From assembly GCA_964016885.1 (NCBI GenBank), contig OZ024742.1, positions 248,744,001 to 248,808,000 of the forward strand: DNA of 64,000 nucleotides, written 5' to 3'. The DNA comes from Eledone cirrhosa. Lineage: Eukaryota. Positions 13,370 through 26,958 of this stretch are shown piece after piece (position 1 is the stretch's first letter; the number at the start of each line of letters is the position of its first letter). A program made the position numbers and the translations under genes. The notes under the pieces were generated by a model. That model did no database searches and had not been told where the DNA came from. It was given only the letters and a program-made list of their open reading frames with translations.

Positions 13370-14400
13370 TTTTTTTTAATAATGTTAATAATGCTTTCTT
13401 TATTAACCACAAAATGGTTTATAAAAAGAAAAAAAAAATACATTACAGACAGCACAGGACGGTACAGAAAGGTACAATTTAGGATTTCTGTGTGCATAGA
13501 ACAAAAGACAAAAACAACGGACGTAGCAAAAATTCGAAACAATAGAGTGGAAACCTCCGAGGGTCACTCTTCAAGAAAGCCCACAAATACCATGGTGACC
13601 CTGACCACCAGGGCAAGTGTCTCTCTCAGTTTTCCACATCCAGTCTACAGGTGCATACTCAGAGCAGGCCCATTCACTTGGGCCATGTTCGTCTCTCTGA
13701 CCCATCTTTCAAAACAATTTAGGAAAGGAGATCTACCCTCTCCACCCTGATATACCTTTTCAAATGAAATTTGAAAAAGTTAATTAGGGCTTCGGTGAAG
13801 AGGTAAATGCTCGTCTTCAGCCCTTTCAAACGTGTCCAACACACGATCTCATTTACCATGGCCACCAGGCAAATAGAAACTGCCTGCCCTTCCCGGCTAC
13901 AGGATAGTGGCCGGCCAATTTTCACGATGGAGTCAGCTGGTAGCCGGATCCATCTTACACGCGACAAGAGGTGTTCGACATATACTCACAACTCAGCAAT
14001 GCTCGGACACTAGACATGTGCGTGCGGGACGGTTTCCTTACCCTGCGCGCATCTTGGACAGGTTCGGCTGACGGCACTTCCATGCTTGTTAGTCTATCCA
14101 CAACTGGCAAACTCCTCGGTAGCACTGCCAGGCCAATGATTTCTGGAAATTCTCCTGTCCGAAAGCTTTCCGGAAGAGATTGGCTAATTGATTTTCATGT
14201 ACGCCCAGAGTCTCTTACCGTCCACTAACCCTCTATAGAATTCCAAATTATTCCAAGGCACCATGTTGAACCGTTCACTCTCACCACAGAGCCGATGTCG
14301 ATGTCCATGGCTGCGATCCAGCCTCTGAAGACGGGTGTTGATGGTCGACCCAATCGAAAGTGTTCGACTTATCTAAACTGACCAAGGCCCTATACGTGCC
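13370..14400 (-). mobile_element. L1/Tx1-like LINE 3' fragment
   Basis: ORF ..AVSICLVAMVNEIVCWTRLKGL..FFKFHLKR is homologous to the 57074-57964 protein. Confidence 0.8.
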
Positions 14401-15429
14401 ACGTTTCCTAGCTACCCACTCCATGATGTATCAAATGAGGTGGAGGTTGTGTTGGATGGATCTATCTGGAATGGCACATGTCTGTCACGTTGTGGAAAAT
14501 TAAACCTGGCAAAGTCAATCCTTCTCCAAATACAGCCGATTTATTCCACAGAGAGAGAGGGGGCAGAGAGAGAGATATATATATAGAGTATGAGGGAGAG
14601 AGTGTGAGAGAGAGCGAGAGAAAGAGAGAGAGAGAGGGAGAAAGAGAGAAAGAGGTATGGAGAAATTTAAGACAGCGAAAGAATGTTAACAAGACAGGAT
14701 TTAAAGCTAGGGCGAAGAGAGCCGGGACGTATAGAAAGAAGCATTCTGTTTGAAGATTTAACGGCTCTGCCAATTCGCCACCTATTTCGTAAATTTCTAT
14801 ATGTATAGTTATGCACAATTTCCTCCTATCTCCGCCAAACCGTAGAAATGTTACAGTGTTGCAGCACTGCACACACTTGGCTAATTAAGTCGGAAATAGA
14901 AACCCAGTTTTAAAAATACATCAATCAGAAAAATCTACCGTTAATCTCAAATAAGATTATATATTCTCTAAGGCAAATCCTAAAAATATCACGACTTTAC
15001 TGGGTTTGTGTTTTTTCTCACTCTATGTTTACATCTCGCCGAGAAAAAATCATAGTTCTTCTCTCTTTCTATCATATGTTGGGTTTCGTTCTGGATATGA
15101 AACCGTTTGTTCTCTCTGGTCTAGGGGTATTTTCATTGGACATGAGCATGTGCGAGTATTAGATATAATTAGACATAAACACCCATAGGATCTTGGTTTT
15201 TAACGCACACTCACACACGCATATACGCATGTACACGCCCCTATGATCATGTACGCACACACGCACATAGACACATACATACCACTGTTTTTCTTACAAT
15301 CATACGTGATGTGTAGTTTTACAACTTTCAGCTTGAGTTTCATTACACTGAATTAAATAATCTTGTTTGTCATAGAGATATATCGCACGCACACCCCGCA
15401 CACACATAGTCACACACACACACACACAG

Positions 15430-15463
<34 letters not shown>

Positions 15464-16308
15464 TATGAGAACAGATTAAAGTTTAAGCAAAGAATCGCTG
15501 CTTTCATATATGTATATATATATAGAGAGAGAGAGAGAGGGGAGAATATATATACATACATATACAAGTGTGTGCGTGTGTGTGTGTGTGTGCGTGCATG
15601 ATATTCCTTATATTATATATCATTTATTATGTATATATCAAATATTTTGCATAGATATAGTTGAATATCATGTCAGGATTAGGCATATACAACTTATATA
15701 CCTATATACATATACATAGATATATATACATATACATACATATATTCATACATATATACGTACATACATACATACATACACACATACATACATACATACA
15801 TATGCGTATATTTGTATGCGTGTATCTCTGTGTATTTGTAATGTGTGTATATATGTATACATGTATGTATATAAGCAGAGTTAGAAGGAGAAAAAGAGGG
15901 AAAAGTCTAGTTTGAGTGTCATCATTTATTGTAATGGGAAACTAGCGTTACTTCCATAGCTGAAAACATCCATCTTGTACTTCCTAGTAGTCTGTTATTT
16001 AAACAAAAAAATAAAGACAGCCATTAATTTGCTATCCACGATGGATATCCTCTTCTAACAATCCCTCTTCCCCAGTTTTCAGGTTCCTGACAATTTATAT
16101 GTCGATATGAGATTGAGCCCTAACATTATTTCTCCTGGAAGTTGTGTTTCATTTGATTGTCTCTCGTATTTAATTAGGTAATTATCCCCTATTCATCAGT
16201 AGCTATAATTATTAGTATAGTAGTGACACTGTAGGTGAAATTGTCCCGAACGCTGCCCTCAAAATGTTTTTATTGCGACTTCTGTAATGTTTTTGATGAT
16301 ATATTTGC

Positions 16309-17030
16309 TTAATCAGGGCTGATCTGTGTTTAAACAATAACATCATTCATGGATGAAATGTGTTTCATGAATGATCTATTGGATTAATAGTAATTTCGAG
16401 CTAAACAACAACAATATGTCTAATCATATGTTTCCTTGATCAGGGCTGCTCTGCGGTTAAACAAGAATACCATTTATGGGCGGAAAGTGTTTGATCAATA
16501 ATTTGCTTAGTCACGTCTGACCTGGTGGTAAACAACAACACCATTCATGTTTGAAATGTCTTTAACCATCAGTGTGTTTGATCAGTGATGCCCTGCAGCT
16601 AAGAAACAACATGTTCGTAGCTGACATGCCTTTCACTATAGATCATAGATTCCTGGGGCTAAGCAACAACATAGTCTTGATTGGAATGTCAGCAGAATTA
16701 AAGCAGACATTGACTTAAACAATGATCTGGTCATGATTTTAATGCTTGATCATGGGTTTACTCAAACAGAGTTAACCTGGTATTAAACAATAAACACATG
16801 TTCATATTTGGACTATCTCTGATCGTATTTCTGCTCAATTAGTGAAATTATAGAACTCAAAAACAATGTCATGATTATAGATGGAGAATTGACCTGGGGC
16901 TAGATAACAAGGCCATGATCATGATGGGAATATCATTGATCATTGATATGTCGGATAAAATGTGATCCGAGGCACATCTACCACACCATGGTCATGAATG
17001 GAATATTGTAAATCATCTTCGGTTCAACAG
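16309..17030. repeat. Ancient degenerate tandem array, ~11 units of ~50-72 bp
   Basis: Recurring gatcagggctgacctggggctaaacaacaacatcattcatg..gaaatgtctttgatcat consensus. Confidence 0.75.
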
Positions 17031-17069
17031 CAATCTAGGCTTCCAAACAGATTCTGCCAAACCTATTTT

Positions 17070-17195
17070 TTTCCAAGGCTTGGGCCGATCCAAGGCTATT
17101 ATAAAGTCGCTTATCGAAGATACCGCGCAGTAGAGTCGAACTCAAAGTAGCATGGTAGTGAAACATATTTCTCACCAATCCACGATGCCTGCTTC
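17070..17195 (-). mobile_element. Degenerate SINE of a second family (head and core)
   Basis: Minus strand ..gagttcgactctactgcgcggtatcttcgataagcgactt..gccttggatcggcccaagcc: B-box plus core-like segment. Confidence 0.5.
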
Positions 17196-18071
17196 CACAA
17201 AGAATATTCTACAATAAACTCCACGAAAAAGAATTCTACCGATAGAGTAATTTTAGTTTCTGCGTATGTAAAGGAAATCGTTTTTCTTATATGTTTCTCC
17301 TTCCTTCTCCTAATTGCTTTATATTTAGTAGTTTATTCCTTTATTGTTTTACAAACAACGGAATATCGACTGAAGAAGAATTATCTCATCTCTCCTCATT
17401 GCAGAGAGATTCCAGCAGCAAATTCCAGTACATTAGTTACCAACTCTTCTAATTTGCCTGTGAATACCACCCGAACGTTGAACGTTGATCAATCACAACT
17501 AACTATGATGTATACGACTTCGATACATGATTATAAGCTTTCACAGCCAACCATTGACTGAAATTACAGTGTAGAAATCTAAGAATGACTAATTTAACAA
17601 TGAGTTTTCTCTCCAGTTCAATATATTTGTTCGATTAACGAAATTGATAAATGTTTTCGCAAAAGATTTTCAACTTGCTTCCATGTCATTATACAATCAT
17701 CTTATTAATAAATACTTTTCCGTTGTTTTGGTCTGGATAGAAAGATAATGGGAGTGGGGGATATATTACTTGCCAAACTCAATGGTTGGGCTAGGATATG
17801 TGTTACTAAGCGATACACAGCTTATGTAGTGACGATAATGTTAAGAGCGCGATGTTGATGGTTATTCTGGTGGTGCTGATGATGACTGTGGTGGTAATGG
17901 TGACAATGATGTTGATGGCTTATTTCCCTCACATCTATCTTACCTGTAACATTATACTTGAGAAAGAGCAGAACACAATAAATAAATACAGAGTGCTTAA
18001 TGTACATATTGTATACGAACACGCATACACACACACACATTCACACACGCACACACGCACGCACACACACG

Positions 18072-18117
<46 letters not shown>

Positions 18118-18120
<3 letters not shown>

Positions 18121-18466
18121 GATATTAATAAATGGAAAGTATATTTATAAAACCATATTTATTCTATTATATATATTTCAAGGGTACCAAAATTTGGGAC
18201 GCACTCATCAGATAAAATACAAAGTTTTATAAATATTGACATATCTAGGAATGAGACCTTAACGGTTCACGTTTTACCTGGATAGTCAATATTTATAAAA
18301 CAAACTTTGTATTGTATATATCATAGAATAAATATGGTTTTATAAATATAGTTTCCATTTATTAATATCATTGATATTATACTCCAGAAAACTTGTCGAG
18401 TGCTTCGACTCAGTTATAAATATATATATATATGTAGAATTACCAACAAATTAAATATCCCTTTCC

Positions 18467-18470
<4 letters not shown>
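18118..18470. mobile_element. Family C fold-back element (arms ~18118-18175 / 18315-18372) plus tail
   Basis: Nested inverted repeats. Related copies at 21395-21660, 55906-56080 and 1668-1760. Confidence 0.85.
18160..18219 (-). ncRNA. Minimal type I hammerhead ribozyme
   Basis: tattttat CTGATGA gtgcgtcccaa-at-tttggtaccctt GAA atatatat A atagaata. 8-bp stem I, palindromic stem III, AUA site, imperfect stem II. Confidence 0.6.
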
Positions 18471-18524
<54 letters not shown>

Positions 18525-18534
18525 ACCCACCCCC

Positions 18535-18584
<50 letters not shown>

Positions 18585-18588
18585 CGAC

Positions 18589-18619
<31 letters not shown>

Positions 18620-18623
<4 letters not shown>

Positions 18624-18771
18624 AGAAAGAACTTCCAAATACGAACTAGATGCGAGACTAACCAGAATAGAAACCTAAACCCTCCATCTCAATTTTACTT
18701 TTGAAAATCACAAGAACTGTGAAGCCGGTAAAGTAAATAAATATTCTTAATAGACACCAGTTGCATTTTGT

Positions 18772-18775
<4 letters not shown>
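18620..18775 (+). mobile_element. Family D copy with U3:A8 hammerhead-like motif at 18694-18737
   Basis: Homologous to 36445-36598. tttactt TTGAAAA tcacaagaactgt GAA gccggt A aagtaaa. Confidence 0.7.
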
Positions 18776-18824
<49 letters not shown>

Positions 18825-18897
18825 ATATATATATATGCGCTTGTATGTGTGTGTGGTTTTGACTTTCAGTGATTAAATATATTTCTTTATCTTGCAG

Positions 18898-18972
18898 GAC
18901 CTCCAACAGATACAAACGCGCCTGATTTATGTGATGAGAAATATTTGAGGCTTGACGACTGGCCATGGGTCG
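18898..18972 (+). CDS. Candidate internal host-gene exon (75 bp, phase 1-1), peptide (G)PPTDTNAPDLCDEKYLRLDDWPWV(G)
   Basis: Polypyrimidine tract ttctttatcttgcag acceptor, G|gtgagt consensus donor, length a multiple of 3, open frame, non-repetitive sequence. Confidence 0.55.
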
Positions 18973-19434
18973 GTGAGTAACTTATATTACTTCACGTTAG
19001 AAGCGAACCGATATTTGTAATACCTCTGTTCATATGTGTTAAGGCTGTGAATTGGCAAAGTTGTTTGAACACCTAACACAATTTCACGCGGTATTTAGTT
19101 TCGACATATTATGTTCTAATTTCAATACCTACAGAGATTGAATTTGACTCGCATTCTTCCTTGTTTGTTCGCTAATATATGGCGCCATCCAAAAACCGGG
19201 TTTCAGTTTGTGAACTAATTCCACTCCCATATATCTCTTGATTATTACTTATGTCATTACATTGGTTTTAGTTACGACCGAGGTCAACTTTACATTTCAT
19301 CCTAGTCAATAAAATAACGTACGAGTCGATTTCTAATGAAGAATCAATCGACTCTCCACTCTCAATATTTGGCCTTGGGTTTATTTTAAAAACAACTATT
19401 ATTATTATTTAACAGACCAAATCAGAAATTATTT

Positions 19435-19822
19435 GGATTGGCAGTATTGGTAGAGGGTCGAACGCCATGCTTTGCAGCAAAGAGATACGGCCCTTTATGG
19501 TCTGAGTTCAAATCCCGTTGAGGTTAACTTTGCCTTTCATCCTTATGTGGTCGATAAAATAAAGCACCAGTAATATACTGGAATTATTACTGGCCTTGAG
19601 CCAAATGTAGAAACAACTATTATTTACCAGACTGGCGGGGAATTGGCAGTACCAGTAGAAGATCGGACGCCATGCTTTGCAGCATATAGTTACGCCCCTT
19701 TATGGTGTGAATTCAAATCCCGCCAAGGATCACTTTGCCTTTCATCCTTACGGGGTCGATAAAATAGAGTATCAGTAATACATTGGCATAATTGCTGGCC
19801 TTGTGCCAAAAGTAGAAACAAT
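19435..19822 (+). mobile_element. Tandem dimer of tRNA-derived SINE
   Basis: ggattggcagtattggtagag..gagttcaaatccc..gccttg..agtagaaacaa, twice. Confidence 0.9.
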
Positions 19823-21358
19823 AATTATTTAACAGACATTTTATTCGTAGAATCATAGAGAAGCATTTTCTGACTCGTTATTCTCTCAGTCCACACCATA
19901 CTGGAGGGAGGTCAACCTCTTCTTTTTGTAATCGACAAAATGGACACTAGTCATGTGGTAGGATTCACATAATGAACTATATATATATATATATATATAT
20001 ATACCACCACACTAAATTTTCTGATCGAAACCTTAGATAGAAATCAACGTTTACGTACATGTGAGTCTTCTTGATTTTTTCAAATTTTCCCGTCCGTTTC
20101 TAATGTGTTTTACATAATATATCCATCTCAGTCCTTCGTCCTTCTACTCGACATCCAACCCTATCTGATTCATCCCCAACACAAATTTATTTTAAACATT
20201 CTTATTTATTAATTTCTTTCTTCAAAAATACATTTCAGTATAAAAATCAATATTTCTTCGAACTCACACACACAAACAAAAACACAAGATAAATTGATAA
20301 GATATCTTAAATATATTCTATTTCCTTCAAACAGAAAGAAACCAAAAATACAAAGACTCCGTTATATTTTTCTGTCAATGTATGACTGTTATTTAGATCT
20401 ACAGATAATGAAAGAGACTGGGAAATGTGAACAGCGTGATTTGTTGTTCGCTTGTTTGTTTATCTGTATGTTGTGTTTCCAAGTGAGTTATTCATTTAAT
20501 TTAATATACTAATTAATGTAGAGTAGAAATTTCTGATTACTGGGCTTTCCTTAATTGTTTGTTCAATCATTAAAAAAGTAACGTCATGTGATGTTTTAAT
20601 TTGTTTGTTTTTAGAGCTAAACTCTGAAATATTCATATTACTCAGTTTCTTTTTTACCATTTTAAAAACAATACTAGACTGTGAATTGACAGAATCAGTA
20701 AAACGTCTGAAAAAATATATCGCACTATTCAACTCAACGCTCTACACTTTAAGTTCAAATGCCATCATTTCAAGGTCGATCAACGATGTGCCATCCTCTA
20801 CTGGGGTCGATTGCTCCGCTATATCTCTTTCTCTTGTCATCGTTTTCGCATTTTGCTCATTATCCAAGAGGAATGTCGAGTGTATGCAGTCTGGGAGAGG
20901 AATGAGCTCCGTCAGATTTAATTGCTCAGATACGATGTATATTATGGTAGCCCAGTTGCTAATCAATGAGTAGTTTAGGGCATACAGCATAGCAACACAT
21001 GACTGATGTTGACTAAATTAAATATCTGCTAGAAGAAGCGCAAACTGTCCCTCATATACCGAATTTCACTTTTGAATGATGACGAAATATGCAATCCGTC
21101 AGAAAAAAGATGGAATGCTCACTGCTAGAATGATCACGATTGAGCAAGTGCCGTCTGTAGAAAGGCTGACATAGAACTAAACTTAAATAAAAAGAATTAT
21201 GACGATGAGCCTACAAGCGAGTCTATTTATGTTGGATTCAGTTGCTTGAGATAGAAGCCAAATATCTAACAAATCTCCGCCAACCTTTGTGACATAGCGA
21301 CTAAATAACATTGATTACTAAATAATTATAATTTTCTGGTGTTTTATTAACAATGCAA

Positions 21359-21394
<36 letters not shown>

Positions 21395-21398
<4 letters not shown>

Positions 21399-21660
21399 AT
21401 TAATAAATGGAAACTATATTTATAAAACCATATTTATTCTATTATATATATTTAAAGGGTACCAACACTTTGGTACGCTCTTATCAGATAAAATACAATG
21501 TTTGTTTTATAAATATTGACATATCCAGGAAGGAGATCTTAACGGTTCTAGTTTTTCCTGGATAGGAAATATTATACTCCAGAAAATCTGTCGAGTGCTT
21601 CGAATCAATTATAAAAATATATATTTGTTGAATTACCAACAAATTAAATATCACTTTTGC
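21395..21660. mobile_element. Family C copy (hammerhead core decayed: CTGATAA/TAAA)
   Basis: Aligns to 18120-18275 and 18373-18460. Confidence 0.8.
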
Positions 21661-21682
21661 CTATATATATATATATATATAC

Positions 21683-21746
<64 letters not shown>

Positions 21747-21894
21747 TATGTATGTATATCTGTTTGTGGTTGACGGCTGAGAGAAAGGAGTACTCAAAAC
21801 CGAAGTAAAGTGTTAATATTCATTTATATTAATGCTAAAGGTATTCCCGAGAAATAAGACACACTTTTTAGCATTAATATAAACGAATATATCT

Positions 21895-22014
<120 letters not shown>

Positions 22015-22114
22015 CTATTTACTTGGTAGAGATATGCAAGGCATAGAGCAACTCAAGTCCGTTGGACGAGTTTTAATATATTATTATTAAGACCAGTATT
22101 ATAACGAAACCATA

Positions 22115-22158
22115 ACTGGGCACGTGTTTCGTTGCGTCGGACCAATTTTTCAACCTGT
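22115..22158 (-). ncRNA. Degenerate hammerhead-like motif with U3:A8 core
   Basis: acagg TTGAAAA attg-gtccgacg-caac GAA a-cacgtg-c ccagt. Confidence 0.35.
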
Positions 22159-22299
22159 ACCGGGGGAAAGTAACCAGATATAGCTTATATAAAGGTGGGA
22201 GATAGGAGAGTGACCAAAAGGAGGAATAAAAGAATAATTGGGAAAGTAATTAAACAATTTAAAATATCAAAAATCTTTAAAGATACTAACATAGAGAAT

Positions 22300-22800
22300 T
22301 GCACCTTCAGTTCGAAATCTCAGCACAAATATGAAATCACACCTCGTACATAAACACAAATGATCCCAAATATATGGATGTTCGTGTAAAAAGCCAGACT
22401 CCTGGCCACTAGCTCAACAATGCAAATCGCAACCTATAATATATGAAGCAGAAATCTCTTCTTTGATTCAACACCGTGAAAATGAGACCGAGCCATGTGG
22501 TCATGTTGCAGTGTCATTTTAAAAAGAGTTTTCTACGTCATGAAACGACTTACAGATACACAATTAAATGGAATACCACTAATTTGCTGAACAAACTAAG
22601 GCAACTCAAGGAAAAGAACAGAGATTTCATTATTAAATTGAAGATAATTGATCAATTTCAACCATATATAAATGGATTCAAAATGTGCAGGTTATGCAAT
22701 GATGAAGAAACTGATGAACATAAGAATTACAGTACACTACATATAAACTTTTAACATCAATAATCAATGACCTTTAGTATTCATTTTTGCAGGAAAACAA
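22300..22800 (+). pseudogene. Penelope-like GIY-YIG endonuclease remnant
   Basis: ..FKKSFLRHETTYRY..QLKEKNRDFIIKLKIIDQFQPYINGFKMCRLCNDE resembles the PLE endonuclease C-terminus (..LK....I.W.I....PY..G.K.C.LC..E). Confidence 0.65.
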
Positions 22801-24315
22801 TATCTTACTAATAGTGCAAAAGGAGTGGAAACGGGGAACATATAGGTGTAAGGACCAACTATTATTTTACAAAATGAAACTGGATAACTGCTCTACAAAG
22901 AAACGAAATCTCAGGACAGCCTGGATAGAGCATTAAAAAGCCTTTGATAGTGTCCCCTATTCTTCAAGCTCTTGATATTTACAAAATATCTCCCCACAAA
23001 TTATAAATTTCTTGAAACAAAGTATAGATTCGTTGAAAACAACTGTTTTCTTTCACAGAAAAGGGAAAAAAAATTCAGAAATTGTGATACGCAGAGGACT
23101 ATTCCAGGATGATCATTTCTCCCACCTTCTCTTAGATATAGCATTGACCCATTTTTCTCATGAACTAATTAATTCTGCCTATGGTTACAAACTTAAAGAA
23201 AGCCTTTTCAACTATCTCTACAATATGGATAATCTTAAGCTCTTCGCTAAAAATGGTAAAAAATCAGCGGGTCTGCTTTAGACAGTAAATTATTTTGGTG
23301 GTGGACTTTGGTCTTGATAAGTGTGCAAAGCTGTCCTTGCAACAAGGCAAAGTATCTGTAAGTTCCAGCATAGACGTGGATATAAACACAGAAATAAGAG
23401 AACTTCATCAGGAGGACACCTAAAAATGTTTTGGCATCTCTGATGGGGGGGGGGGGGGGGGGAGAAAGAAAAGGCCAAAAAAGAATATCATAAACGAATG
23501 TGACTTATGTTAAACACAGAGCCCAATTCAAACAACAGAATATCTGCGATAAACAGTTTAGCAGTATCTGTTGTTCAAAACACGTTTAGCATAGATAAAG
23601 GGACAATATAGGATATCAAACGATTGCATATTAAGAACCGTAATCTCCTCACATGTCACCGTATGTACTACCCTAAAGCGGACGTTGAGCGATTCTACCA
23701 ATCCAGATTTTAGGGAGGCAGTGGTGTAATCCAATTGGAGCTTGCCTACAAGACAACTACAATTGGCCTGCATCAAAACCTTCAAGCAACCAATGATTGA
23801 ATGACACAGGCGGTAAAACAGCATGAAGGTAGCAACAGCCTCACTTCGTGGTAAAAGAAGACCCAAATTTATGCGGGGAATACATGTAAGCAAAGGTTAC
23901 AAAAATAAAAGCAAAGGAAGTAACCCTTGAGCTGATGAAGAAGAATGACAAAGTAAGCCACTACATGGATAGTACTTGACTCGAATCAGGCAAGCTGGTG
24001 GAAACCAAAGGCAATCTAATCACTGTCTGGGCAGTTCAAGACTGAAAGCCGAAACAGAAGGTTTCATACTGACTGCACAACATCAATGCCCTGCTACAAA
24101 ACATTATTCATAAAGATAGGAGCTGCGTCAATCATTTATTCTTTATAGAAGATTTAAAACCATACAGTCGTAATGTAGAAGAGCTAGACAACCTAGTGCA
24201 AACAGTCAGAGTAATTTCCGAAGACAGTGTGATGCAGTTTTGCATTTCAAATTGTGCAATGATTGAGTGGAAAGCTGGTAAGGTGTGATGGAATCGAACT
24301 TCCAAATGGAGAAAA
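22800..24315 (+). mobile_element. Decayed R4/Dong-like non-LTR RT fragments
   Basis: NLRTAWI..KKAFDSVP, IRRGLFQDDHFSHLL, YLYNMDNLKLFAK and LKAETEGFILTAQ motifs with frameshifts. A second RT-core piece lies at 24120-24315. Confidence 0.75.
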
Positions 24316-24317
24316 AT

Positions 24318-25735
24318 TTAAATATAAACTGCCTGCCTTTCCTGGTCAAAGGAGAGCGGCTGGGCAATCTTCATAATAGACTCAGCTGATAGCAGCACCC
24401 GTCCTACATGCGGCAACAGGTGTTCGACATAAACCCAGAAGTCAGCAATGCTCGGACACTGAGCGGTTGCGTAAAGGACGGTCTCGCCACCCTGCGCGAA
24501 TCTCGGACAGAACCAACTGACGGCACTTCCATGTCTGTAGAGTTTATTTTGAACTGGCAACGCTTCTCGGTAGCTCTGCCAGGCCAAGTATTTTCGGGAG
24601 TAATCCATTGGCCCTGGACCGAAATTCCTCCGGGATATAATAGCTAGTTGGCTTTTGGCGACATCCAGAGTTTTCGAAAGGACGTCGTCGCTCTTGCCCT
24701 CCATTAACCCTCTACAGAAAAATACGTATCCACCAATCACAAAGCCCGATTGGCAAAGGGCAGTGAGTGTTGGGAGACATTCCATTTTCGAAGCGCTGCC
24801 TCTCGGTCACCGCGTGACCCAGGATTGCAGCTCCGTCAAGAAGACGAAGTGAGGAAAATGGGCTTAGCGAAAGGCGACCACACCTGACACCGTCTAGGAA
24901 AATCTAAAGATATCGTAGTTTCAGCGTGTGTTTACGCATCATCAGCCACATCATACCCAGTCTTCCACGTAATGGGTGTTGACAGCTAAGGAACCACCTG
25001 ACCATTCGAGTGCGTCCCTTCCACAAAAACCGAAAGACAAACGCTCCAGCGCAGTTAGGCGAGGCTAAGGAGACAATCACCACAATCACCGCTCACTCTC
25101 ACCACAAATCAGCCATTAATGGATGACGAACACTATGGACACGTTTACCACCCCAGCGCGACATTTCAAGGATAGCTTTCTCTAAGACAATTTCTGGGTG
25201 AGAGATGCCACCTTGCTCGTCACCTCATACCAGTTTCTGTCCATCTCAGGTCCCGATCAAACCAAACCCTAGCAGTTTAACCGGCCCGTCTTTGCAGCGC
25301 CTAGCGACGCTGTTGGCTGGCATAGACATGTCTATCCAGGTGCCGAACTGCAGACCCACCGACTTTTCCTGGTTAATATTAGCTCCAGTAGTTGCCTCGT
25401 ATTTTCTCAGAGTAGTATCGTCATCATAATAAGCACCCACGGGTCTCCCACCTCCCGGTTCATGCGGGAAGCCCCTCAATGTGTCCAGTTCCTGCATTAA
25501 TGGCTCTAGAGTCAATAACTACAACCGGGACGATAGGGCACGAATTTGGCGGACAGAGAGCATGATGTTGAAAGGTACTGAAAGATGACCGTTCACTCTC
25601 ACCACAAAGCAGGTGTTTCTGTGCTTGGCAGCAACCTACCCTCTGAATCCGGCCGGCCTGAGGACGGCCGCCTGGTATTGATGGTCGACCCTATTATAAG
25701 TTTTCGATTGATCTAGATTGATCAGGGATACATCC
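24318..25735 (-). mobile_element. L1/Tx1-like LINE ORF2 fragment (RT to zinc finger)
   Basis: INLDQSKTYNRVDH, YEATTGANINQEKSVGL and LAWQSYREALPV..CPRF..ETVLYATAQCP. Confidence 0.85.
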
Positions 25736-25739
25736 ATAA

Positions 25740-26958
25740 TAATAATAATAATATTCTTTCTTGATTGGCCACAAGGGCCTACATATGCAGGGCAATACAA
25801 AATAACAGTGGCAGATGGGGTTTTCAAAAGAAAATCGAGTAAAAAAATAAATAAAACATTAAAAATAAACAATGAGTATACATACAACAGAATTCCCCAA
25901 TAGGAAGGAGGGTTAACTGCACAGAAGTGACTCAGCTACCCTACCAATCCTGAACCACCCGACGCTTCAAGAACACGTGTATGGTCACCCCCTCCTCCTC
26001 AAATCAACCCTCCACACGAGCCATTCTCGATACATTCACACACCTTTTAGCACATTTCCTGGGGGACAGTACATCTCTCTCCACCCTCACTTTCCTTTCC
26101 AAGTGAAATTTGAAAATGTTGATTGGCCGAAGAGTAATGTGTCTGTATTCATGTTTGCAACATGGTACACCACACAACCTCTTTTGCTACGTCCACCCAG
26201 CAGAGGAAAACTGCTTGTCCTTCCCGACCAAAAGGCGGCGCGTCGATCTTCACTATGGACTCGGTTGTTAGCAGAATGTGTACTACACGCGACAACAGCT
26301 GTTCGACATAACTCCACAATCAGTAAAGCACGGATACTGGACGAATGACTGCAGAACTGTTTCATCGTTCTCTTCGCATCTTGGGCAGATCCGTCTGACA
26401 TCACTTCCATGCCTGTAAAATTTATCTCAAACTAGTAACAAGAGAGGGATTTATGGAAGTTATCCATAGACCCTGGCTTGAAATCTCTCCAGAAAAACAT
26501 GTTAGTTCGACTTCGTTGACGCCTAGAACTTCTCCCAGAAAGTCGTCGCACTTGCCCACCACTTATCTTCTATAGAATTCTAGATTGGAAGTTCCACAGA
26601 CCATATTGCCCATCATGTGTAGGGTTGTAAGCGTCTGGTAACATTCCAGATGCCAGGCGCCCAGTCATAGTTACCTCTTTAACCAGGACTGCAGCTGAAT
26701 CAAAGAAATGAGTTGCGGAATGTCTGAGCACGATTTGCCACAGCATGCCCTATCCCCTGCATAGAAGGTGCTGACAGAAGATGAACCGCCTCACCAAGGG
26801 AACCTGTCCCTTCCACAAAAAGGGAAAGAGGAGACGTTTCAATTTGGCGAAGTGCAAAGTGGGGAAAGGCACGATGGTCAGGCTGTAGGAGATGACGGAC
26901 GCGATGTACGCGTTCGCCACATCCACCCGACTTTTCAAGGATATCCTCCTCTCCGTCA
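25740..26958 (-). mobile_element. Second L1/Tx1-like 3' fragment with (ATT)n tail
   Basis: RRISLKSRVDVANAYIAS..LKRLLFPFLWKG, plus a zinc-finger region homologous to 57400-57960. Confidence 0.8.

Noticed and set aside
17405-17560. S/T-rich open frame after ..cattgcag (EIPAANSSTLVTNSS..)
   Set aside because: It is short, has no recognisable homology and ends in a stop upstream of the better exon candidate. It cannot be supported without RNA data.
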